Below are positions 23,849 through 32,000 of a stretch of 32,000 bases of DNA, piece by piece. The translations under genes and the position numbers were made by a program. Position 1 is the stretch's first letter, and every line of letters begins with the position of its first letter. The stretch is from assembly GCA_041649575.1 (NCBI GenBank), contig JBAZMW010000002.1:90001-122000 (forward strand), in the 5' to 3' direction. The notes beneath the pieces were generated by a model that saw nothing but the letters and a program-made list of their open reading frames with translations, was not told the DNA's origin and ran no database searches. The DNA comes from Patescibacteria group bacterium (lineage in GTDB: Bacteria > Patescibacteriota > Patescibacteriia > 2-01-FULL-39-33).

Positions 23849-24370
23849 ATGAATTACAAGATTATCATTTTTATTTTAATAATTTTATTAGTTTTTATTG
23901 TTCAAAATGCTTTCCTAGACAATTTGAGCTTTTTTTTCTTTAGTTTTAACTTATTGCTAATAACCCTGGTTTTATTGGTCGATTTGGCCGATTTTAAACT
24001 GGCTTTGTGGTTTTCCTTGGTTGGTGGTTTTTTGCTTGATACCTATTCTAGCTTGCCTTTCGGTATTTTTTTGCTGACGTTATTTTTAACGGCTATTGTT
24101 TTGAAATTTCTATTTTTTAATTTTTTTACCAATCGTTCTCTTTATTCCCTGATTATTTTGGGCTTAGTGGCGGTTTTGGTTTATCAGGGCGGTTTTTTGC
24201 TCCTAAGCAGTCTGTTTTATCTTCTCGGTTTTAGTGATTTCCTGGCCGGCTGGTCTTTCATCTGGTTGATTTCGGCGCAACTGGTCAATATGACCATTGT
24301 CTTAACTGTCTCTTTCTGGCTGATTAACAAGCTCTCGAAATTTTTTAAACCCATTTTTCTTAAATCATAA
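23849..24370 (+). CDS. mreD: rod shape-determining protein MreD (polytopic membrane protein)
   Basis: 173 aa and highly hydrophobic with about 5 TM segments. It sits directly after mreC and before mrdA. Confidence 0.65.
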   Translation: MNYKIIIFILIILLVFIVQNAFLDNLSFFFFSFNLLLITLVLLVDLADFKLALWFSLVGGFLLDTYSSLPFGIFLLTLFLTAIVLKFLFFNFFTNRSLYSLIILGLVAVLVYQGGFLLLSSLFYLLGFSDFLAGWSFIWLISAQLVNMTIVLTVSFWLINKLSKFFKPIFLKS

Positions 24371-24373
24371 ATC

Positions 24374-26293
24374 ATGAGAAAAAATAATCCCTTTTTCATT
24401 ACTGAAGGCATCGATACGGGTCGTAAAAATTTTTCTGACTGGGTGGAAGAAAGTTTTAATCCGGGAGCTAGCTTTAGTTCTGACTCAACTCATAGTTTTT
24501 TAACGCCCTCCCTGCCGATTAAAAAGATCAGAATCCTTTTTTTTGTAATTATTTTTGGTTTGGCATTATTGTTGGGCCGAAGTTTTTACTTGCAGGTTTT
24601 AAACGGCAGTTATTATTTTTCTTTGGCAGAAAATAATCGTATCAGAATAAAAAACATCCAGGCTCAACGCGGCATTATTTATGATCGTAACGGCAAAATC
24701 TTGGTTAAAAATATTTCTGGTTTTTCTCTGTTAATCACCCAGGCGGATTTGTCCAAGGACCAATTTCAAAAAACGGAAGTTCTAAGAAAGACCAGCGAAC
24801 TGGCAGGCATACCTTTAGCAGAGATTGAAGAAAGGTTAAACAAGGCTGATAAATATTTTTGGCAGCCAATAGTGGTAAAAACCGGTATTGATTATGAAAA
24901 AGCCATGGCTCTAAAAATTGCCAGCATTGACTTGCCGGGCATTAGTCTGGAGGATGATAGTTGGCGGCAATATCTTTTTAGTAATAGCTTGTCTCATCTG
25001 ATGGGTTATGTTGGTAAAATCAGCACCGAGGAATACGAAGACAATAAAAGTGGTTACTTGTTAAGCGACAATATTGGCAAGACCGGCCTGGAGAAATATT
25101 ATGAGAATTTACTTCGTGGTAAAAACGGTATCAAGAAGATAGAGGTGGATTCCCTGGGTCGGGAAAAAAAGATTATTGCCCAGGAAGAACCGGTTAATGG
25201 CAGTAATTTGGTTCTGACTATTGATGCCGATTTGGAAGAAAAAATTTATCAGACGTTTAAGGAAGCTTTGGGCAAAAAGTATAACGCGGTGGCAGTTGTT
25301 TCCAACCCGCAAACCGGCGAAATCTTGGCCTTAGTCGATTATCCCAGTTATGACAACAATCTGTTTGCCACCGGGATTAGTCAACAAGATTATAATAATT
25401 TACTCAATGACGAGAAAAAGCCGCTGTTTTTTAGAGCCATCTCGGGCGAATATCCATCCGGTTCAACCATTAAGCCGGTCATCGCTTTGGCCGCTTTGCA
25501 GGAAAAAGTTGTTGATAAAAACACCAGTTTTAATAGTGTTGGCGGCATTTGGGTCGGTAGTAAATGGTTTTTTCCCGACTGGAATCCCGGTGGCCACGGC
25601 ATAACCAATGTAATTAAGGCGCTTGCTTTATCGGTTAATACCTATTTTTATTATGTTGGGGGTGGTTATGGTAATTTTAACGGTTTGGGGGTTGATTTGA
25701 TTGACAAGTATCTCAATCTCTTTAATCTTGGTCAAAAAACAGGCATTGATTTACCGGCCGAAAAATCAGGTTTAGTGCCTACGCCTGCTTGGAAGGAAGA
25801 GAATAAAAAAGAACAATGGTATATCGGCGATACTTATCATTTGGCCATTGGTCAAGGAGATTTACTGGTGACGCCGCTGCAGGTTAATAGCTGGACCGCC
25901 ACCATTAGCGCCGGTGGCGCCATTTACCGGCCGCATCTGGTCAAAGAAATTGTAAATCCCGATGGTCGCAAAGAATTGATCGCGCCGATAGTAGTGAAAA
26001 GCGGGATTGCCGATCGAAAAAATATTGATATTGTTAGGGAGGGAATGAGACAGGCAGTGTTGGCTGGTTCGGCCCGAGGAATCTCGGGATTACCGGTTAC
26101 TGCTGGCGGTAAAACCGGTACCGCTCAATGGAATGAAAAAAAGAATAATCATGCTTGGTTTACCGCCTTCGCTCCCTTTGATCAGCCATCTTTTTGCATC
26201 ACCATCTTAGTCGAAGAAGGGGGGGAAGGATCCAGCATCGCCGTCCCGATTGCTCGGGAGGTAATGAATTATTGGTTTACCAGGCAGAATTAG
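24374..26293 (+). CDS. mrdA: penicillin-binding protein 2 (elongation-specific transpeptidase)
   Basis: 639 aa with an N-terminal TM helix. Contains SGSTIKP (SxxK), LSVNTY (SxN) and GKTGTAQ (KTG). Confidence 0.9.
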   Translation: MRKNNPFFITEGIDTGRKNFSDWVEESFNPGASFSSDSTHSFLTPSLPIKKIRILFFVIIFGLALLLGRSFYLQVLNGSYYFSLAENNRIRIKNIQAQRGIIYDRNGKILVKNISGFSLLITQADLSKDQFQKTEVLRKTSELAGIPLAEIEERLNKADKYFWQPIVVKTGIDYEKAMALKIASIDLPGISLEDDSWRQYLFSNSLSHLMGYVGKISTEEYEDNKSGYLLSDNIGKTGLEKYYENLLRGKNGIKKIEVDSLGREKKIIAQEEPVNGSNLVLTIDADLEEKIYQTFKEALGKKYNAVAVVSNPQTGEILALVDYPSYDNNLFATGISQQDYNNLLNDEKKPLFFRAISGEYPSGSTIKPVIALAALQEKVVDKNTSFNSVGGIWVGSKWFFPDWNPGGHGITNVIKALALSVNTYFYYVGGGYGNFNGLGVDLIDKYLNLFNLGQKTGIDLPAEKSGLVPTPAWKEENKKEQWYIGDTYHLAIGQGDLLVTPLQVNSWTATISAGGAIYRPHLVKEIVNPDGRKELIAPIVVKSGIADRKNIDIVREGMRQAVLAGSARGISGLPVTAGGKTGTAQWNEKKNNHAWFTAFAPFDQPSFCITILVEEGGEGSSIAVPIAREVMNYWFTRQN

Positions 26294-26322
26294 CAAAAAC
26301 TCAAATAATGTGGATAAAGGTC

Positions 26323-26351
26323 TTGACACCTTTTTAAAAAAGTACTATTCT
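26323..26351 (+). promoter_or_regulatory. candidate promoter TTGACA-N17-TATTCT for greA
   Basis: TTGACA at 26323-26328, a 17-nt spacer, and TATTCT at 26346-26351. The leader would be about 75 nt. Confidence 0.45.
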
Positions 26352-26432
26352 CCTATCTATATTAATTAGTCGAATTAAGTTGAATTTCTACACCCTTTCT
26401 CGGTGGTTTTTATTTAAACTAAAAGTATCAAG

Positions 26433-26894
26433 ATGGCAGAAAATTATATCTCAGCGGCGGGCCTGGAAAAGGTCAAGGAGGAATTAGAAAAATTAAAAAA
26501 TATCGATCGTCCCGAGGTCATAGAGCGTATTGCCAGATCCAGGGAGCTGGGCGATTTATCAGAGAATGCCGAATATCATGAAGCTCGGGAGAAGCAGAGT
26601 TTTATTGAAGGCAGAATTCAGGAATTAGAGGCCTTGATTAAAAACGCGGTCATTATTAAGAATGATAAAAAGCCAAGTTTGGTTGGATTGGGATCGACTG
26701 TTTTGGCCACTTGTGATAACGGCGCTAAGATAAAATATATGATCGTGGGCCACCAAGAGGCCGACCCCTCTAGTGGCCGGATTTCTCATGAGTCGCCACT
26801 GGGGCGCGCTTTTATCGGCAGGAAAATAGGAGATGAATTTGAGCTTCAAGTCCCGGCCGGCAAACTCAAGTGTAAAATTAACAAGATTGAATAA
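26433..26894 (+). CDS. greA: transcription elongation factor GreA
   Basis: 153 aa. Contains GDLSENAEYHEAREKQSFIEGRI and a C-terminal ISHESPLGRAFIGRKIGDEF. Confidence 0.93.
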   Translation: MAENYISAAGLEKVKEELEKLKNIDRPEVIERIARSRELGDLSENAEYHEAREKQSFIEGRIQELEALIKNAVIIKNDKKPSLVGLGSTVLATCDNGAKIKYMIVGHQEADPSSGRISHESPLGRAFIGRKIGDEFELQVPAGKLKCKINKIE

Positions 26895-26898
26895 CTTT

Positions 26899-26926
26899 AA
26901 AATGACCGCCAGCTGGCGGTCATTTT
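26899..26926. terminator. bidirectional terminator between convergent greA and gyrB
   Basis: AAAATGACCGCC-AGCT-GGCGGTCATTTT, a 12-bp stem with A-tract and T-tract arms. Confidence 0.7.
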
Positions 26927-26950
26927 AAAATCTTCACTATTTTTGCTTGT

Positions 26951-29023
<2,073 letters not shown>

Positions 29024-29152
29024 TTAATGGAGATGAATTTTACTAAATTATTTTATCATATTTTAAACTTTTTGACAATAAAAATCTGGGTCTATTTTTG
29101 GCCATTTTTCTTTTTTAATTTGGTATTCTTATATACACAGATGAATTTTTTG

Positions 29153-29161
29153 TGTTATAAT
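29153..29161 (+). promoter_or_regulatory. perfect extended -10 element TGTTATAAT
   Basis: Matches TGnTATAAT. The A of ATG 29168 lies 7 nt after the -10 box, which predicts a leaderless mRNA. Confidence 0.45.
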
Positions 29162-29167
29162 TTAATC

Positions 29168-30001
29168 ATGATTAAATCGGCAGACAACTTGACTGATCGC
29201 CAGCTGAAATTAAGTTATTGGTATATCACCAACAAGCTGCTTTTAAGAAAATGGCTTAAAATTTTTCTGATTGTTTTATCGGTCATTTTCTGGCTTTTTG
29301 TCCTGTGGCAGTTGATTTTTTTGGCCATCAATTATAGCCAGGAAGATTATCAAACCAGGCGGTTGATTTTTGGTGGTAATCCCAATTTATTGCCACTGGA
29401 CAGCTTAAAGCCGGCTCCACTTCAGACGTCAGTCGTTCAAGCGCTAGGCAATGAGAGTAATGGCTATGACTTTTTTGTTCAGGTGGCCAACAACAACAAG
29501 GACTGGCTGTCAACTTTCGACTACCAATTTGTCGCTCCGGATGGTGGTGGCCAGCTCAAATCGGGCTTTGTTTTACCGGGAGAAACCAAGTACTTAATGG
29601 CTTTGGGCGTCAAAAGTTCGGCGGTTCAGTTTCAGCTAGCTAACCAAAAATGGAGACGGGTCAGCGATATCAGCGGTCTCTATGGTGATCGTTATAATTT
29701 TTTAATTGAGAACGATAAATTTGTCGCCGGTCAAGCGGTTGGTGATCCCGGCAAACTGACCTTTGAGCTAACCAATAAATCAGCCTTTAGTTATTGGGAG
29801 GTGGGCATAACTGCTGTTTTATCCAACGGCGGCAATATCGTTTCGGTCAATTATCTCACTTTAAATCAGGTTAAATCCGGAGAGAAGAGGTTGGTTGAGC
29901 TTTTATGGAACAATCCCTTGCCTCGAGTCGACAGCTTTGAAATTGTTCCCGAAGTGAATATCTTTGACGACAACAATATTATGCCGGTTGACAGTCTTTA
30001 A
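29168..30001 (+). CDS. hypothetical membrane-anchored protein (277 aa) with beta-rich ectodomain
   Basis: The ORF-track start at 28949 is TTG and overlaps gyrB and the promoter DNA, so ATG 29168 is preferred. One TM helix (IFLIVLSVIFWLFVLWQLIFLAI). I recognise no family. Confidence 0.55.
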   Translation: MIKSADNLTDRQLKLSYWYITNKLLLRKWLKIFLIVLSVIFWLFVLWQLIFLAINYSQEDYQTRRLIFGGNPNLLPLDSLKPAPLQTSVVQALGNESNGYDFFVQVANNNKDWLSTFDYQFVAPDGGGQLKSGFVLPGETKYLMALGVKSSAVQFQLANQKWRRVSDISGLYGDRYNFLIENDKFVAGQAVGDPGKLTFELTNKSAFSYWEVGITAVLSNGGNIVSVNYLTLNQVKSGEKRLVELLWNNPLPRVDSFEIVPEVNIFDDNNIMPVDSL

Positions 30002-30065
30002 AAAAGCCGGTTTTTTATCTTTGACTCAACAAGAAGGTTTTATTTACCTTTATTTTTTTGCCCTC

Positions 30066-30094
30066 TTGACAAGCTTTTTTGTTTGCCTTATTAT
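30066..30094 (+). promoter_or_regulatory. promoter TTGACA-N17-TATTAT of the hrcA operon
   Basis: TTGACA at 30066-30071 and TATTAT at 30089-30094. The predicted TSS falls at the first base of CIRCE. Confidence 0.6.
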
Positions 30095-30099
30095 TAAAA

Positions 30100-30126
30100 T
30101 TAGCACTCTAATATTGAGAGTGCTAA
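30100..30126. promoter_or_regulatory. CIRCE operator (HrcA binding site)
   Basis: TTAGCACTC-TAATATTGA-GAGTGCTAA is a perfect match to the CIRCE consensus TTAGCACTC-N9-GAGTGCTAA. Confidence 0.92.
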
Positions 30127-30138
30127 TTAAACCAAACC

Positions 30139-30837
30139 ATGGCCGACAGAAAAGACAATCTATTTAAAATTATTGTCGAAGAGTATTTAAATTCGGCCAA
30201 TCCCGTTGGCTCTTCTTTGGTGGTAGAAAAATATTTTCCGGATTTAAGCTCCGCCACCATCAGAAACGAAATGGCCGAATTGGAAGAAGCCGACTTAATT
30301 TATCAGCCACACACTTCGGCTGGCCGCATTCCCACCATCAAGGGTTATCAATATTATTTGGACAAGTTTGTCGGCGCTGGAGAGCTAAACGCCAAACAGC
30401 GAAAGAATTTAGATAAGCTTAGGTCTGAGCTCAAGGCCGATCAAGAGAGTATAAAAGTTTTGGCTAAGAATTTAGCCGAGTTGTCCCGGGAAGCTGTCTT
30501 GATTGGTTTTGGTCCGCAGGATGTTTATTACACCGGTATCGCCAATCTCTTCCGTCAGCCGGAATTTTATCAACAGGCCCTGGTCTATTCCATGTCGGAA
30601 ATAATCGACCATCTCGATGAAGTGATGTTTAAAATTTTTACCAAGATAGATGCCCGAGCCAAAATTTTACTGGGAGCCGACAATCCTTTTGGTGAAGCGT
30701 CGGCCGTCATTTTAGGGCAATACCGCCTGAAAGGACAGCCGGGACTGGTTGGCATTTTGGGGCCGAGTCGCATGAATTATGCTAATAATTTAGGACTAAT
30801 AGACTATACCCAACAAATTATTGGATCCTTAAAATAA
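30139..30837 (+). CDS. hrcA: heat-inducible transcription repressor HrcA, short form (232 aa)
   Basis: The N-terminal winged-helix IVEEYLNSANPVGSSLVVEKY...SSATIRNEMAELEEADLIYQPHTSAGRIPTIKGYQYY is typical HrcA. It lies directly downstream of CIRCE and upstream of grpE. Confidence 0.85.
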   Translation: MADRKDNLFKIIVEEYLNSANPVGSSLVVEKYFPDLSSATIRNEMAELEEADLIYQPHTSAGRIPTIKGYQYYLDKFVGAGELNAKQRKNLDKLRSELKADQESIKVLAKNLAELSREAVLIGFGPQDVYYTGIANLFRQPEFYQQALVYSMSEIIDHLDEVMFKIFTKIDARAKILLGADNPFGEASAVILGQYRLKGQPGLVGILGPSRMNYANNLGLIDYTQQIIGSLK

Positions 30838-30843
30838 TTAATT

Positions 30844-31344
30844 ATGAGTGAAAACCAAAAAATAGCCGAACTTCAAGAGGAAGTGGCCAAGCTAAAAGAA
30901 GCCTTAACCCTGGCCGAAGGGCAATCGCAGGAACATTTGGCTGGTTGGCAAAGAGCTCGGGCCGATTATTCAAATTTTAAAAGAGAACAGGAAAAGCGTC
31001 AGCAAGAAGTGGTTGAGTTTGCCAACGCCGTTACCTTGGCTGAGATTTTGCCGGTTTATAGCCATTTTAAGTTGGCCTTAAAACACATTCCTCAGGAACA
31101 AAAAAAAGAAGCCTGGGTAGAAGGTATAATCCAAATTGGCAAACAATTTATTGATTTTTTGAAAAAATTCAAAATAGAAGAGATTAAAACCATAGGGGAA
31201 AAGTTTAATCATGAATTTCATGAAGCTGTAGTTCACGAAGAAAAAAATGGCTTTGAGTCGGACGTGATTTTTGAAGAGGTGAGTCCGGGCTATTTGTTGG
31301 CCGGCAAAGTCTTGCAGCCGGCTAAAGTCAAAGTAGCAAAATAA
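30844..31344 (+). CDS. grpE: nucleotide exchange factor GrpE
   Basis: 166 aa. Coiled-coil N-terminus, WQRARADYSNFKREQEK, and C-terminal FNHEFHEAV...GYLLAGKVLQPAKVKV. Confidence 0.9.
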   Translation: MSENQKIAELQEEVAKLKEALTLAEGQSQEHLAGWQRARADYSNFKREQEKRQQEVVEFANAVTLAEILPVYSHFKLALKHIPQEQKKEAWVEGIIQIGKQFIDFLKKFKIEEIKTIGEKFNHEFHEAVVHEEKNGFESDVIFEEVSPGYLLAGKVLQPAKVKVAK

Positions 31345-31350
31345 TTTTAA

Positions 31351-31370
31351 AATTTTAGAATTCTAAAATT
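31351..31370. repeat. 20-bp perfect AT-rich palindrome
   Basis: AATTTTAGAA|TTCTAAAATT, 7 nt after the grpE stop and about 110 nt upstream of hsp20. Confidence 0.8.
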
Positions 31371-31480
31371 ACTGCCGTGCTGGTCTGCCGGCAGCAGGAA
31401 GATTTTATAAATATTAATTCGCTTATTCGCTTTGTCTGTAAATTTTTATAGGCAAGCATAGGCGGCAAGGAGACAAAGAT

Positions 31481-31903
31481 ATGGCCTTAATAAAATGGAC
31501 ACCATTTCCTTTTGCCGAACCATACGACGAAATGGACAAGTTTTTTGAATCTTGGCCGGCTTTAGCCAATAACTTCACCCCGGCTATTGATGTCTATCAG
31601 GATAAGGAGGCGGTGATCGTCGAAGCGCCCTTGGCTGGCATCGATCCGGAAAAAATAGACATTGCTATCGAAAACGATGTTTTGACCATCAAAGGCGAAA
31701 ATGAGAAAAAATCAGAGGTGGATGAAAAAAATTATTATCGCAAAGAGGTGCGTCATGGCAGTTTTTATCGAGCGGTGCAATTGCCAACCCGTGTTGCTGG
31801 CGATGCGGCTCAAGCCACTTATAATAAGGGCATCCTAACTATCCGGATTCCCAAAAGCCCGGAAGCCAAGCCCAAGAGCATCAAAGTTCAAATTAAAGAT
31901 TAA
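31481..31903 (+). CDS. Hsp20/alpha-crystallin family small heat-shock protein
   Basis: 140 aa. Contains PAIDVYQDKEAVIVEAPLAGIDPEKIDIAIENDVLTIKGE...RHGSFYRAVQLP...YNKGILTIRIPK. AAGGAG lies 8 nt upstream of the ATG. Confidence 0.9.
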   Translation: MALIKWTPFPFAEPYDEMDKFFESWPALANNFTPAIDVYQDKEAVIVEAPLAGIDPEKIDIAIENDVLTIKGENEKKSEVDEKNYYRKEVRHGSFYRAVQLPTRVAGDAAQATYNKGILTIRIPKSPEAKPKSIKVQIKD

Positions 31904-31918
31904 TATTTTCTTTTTGAG

Positions 31919-31938
31919 GCGAGAAAGGCCTTTCTCGC
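31919..31938 (+). terminator. possible weak terminator/hairpin after hsp20
   Basis: GCGAGAAAGG|CCTTTCTCGC palindrome followed by TTCT. The U-tract is poor. Confidence 0.3.
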
Positions 31939-31977
31939 TTCTGATGGATAAGTATTAAATTAAAAATAACCAAAAAT

Positions 31978-32000
31978 ATGCCAAAAATTTTAGGAATCGA
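31978..32000 (+). CDS. dnaK: 5' end of chaperone DnaK (truncated by window edge)
   Basis: MPKILGI(D) matches the DnaK N-terminus M-x-K-I-I/L-G-I-D. Its position after hrcA-grpE fits. Confidence 0.6.

Noticed and set aside
26309-26317. A perfect DnaA box (TGTGGATAA, the complement of TTATCCACA) just upstream of the greA -35 box, with gyrB nearby. This raised the possibility of oriC.
   Set aside because: It is a single box with no cluster, no AT-rich unwinding repeats, and no adjacent dnaA or dnaN. One 9-mer match in 64 kb of two-strand sequence is compatible with chance (expected about 0.24).
26391-26415. A small hairpin plus T-run (CACC-CTTTCTC-GGTG-GTTTTTATTT) in the greA leader. This could be an attenuator like the one known in the E. 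coli greA leader.
   Set aside because: The stem is only 4 bp, too weak to call by eye.

Overview
The window looks like a compact, AT-leaning bacterial chromosome segment transcribed almost entirely in one direction. From gene content and style (few Shine-Dalgarno sites, a GIY-YIG cassette with 'cattgcgag' repeats, DUF4012, archaeal-type ProRS, a short HrcA) I infer an uncultivated small-genome lineage such as CPR/Patescibacteria. + strand genes, in order: a HypA-like protein, pgk, a GIY-YIG cassette, a SIMPL/DUF541 protein, eno, two tandem gpmI paralogs, and an envelope-glycan cluster (processive GT2, two WbbL-like GT2, DUF4012, an mreB paralog, GT4). These are followed by holB, a BNR-propeller lipoprotein, frr, rseP, a small orphan protein, proS, mreB-mreC-mreD-mrdA and greA. 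gyrB lies on the - strand. After it come a membrane-anchored orphan protein and a CIRCE-controlled hrcA-grpE-hsp20-dnaK' heat-shock locus. Three GC-rich - strand units embedded in the + strand housekeeping genes are the most unusual content. (1) 4275-4929 is a complete promoter-leader-SD-ORF-terminator cassette. It encodes a 146-aa orphan protein with foreign-looking codon usage and splits the pgk/eno/gpmI glycolytic cluster. (2) 19545-20011 is an ORF-free, roughly 340-440 nt GC-rich region with multiple nested helices and its own - strand intrinsic terminator. It is a candidate ncRNA that I cannot assign to any class, and it sits next to an orphan protein with a MinD-like C-terminal amphipathic tail. 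(3) An orphan - strand terminator plus hairpins lies in the eno upstream spacer. No CRISPR array, tRNA or rRNA was found. All structures were found by eye. No database search or folding computation was run.
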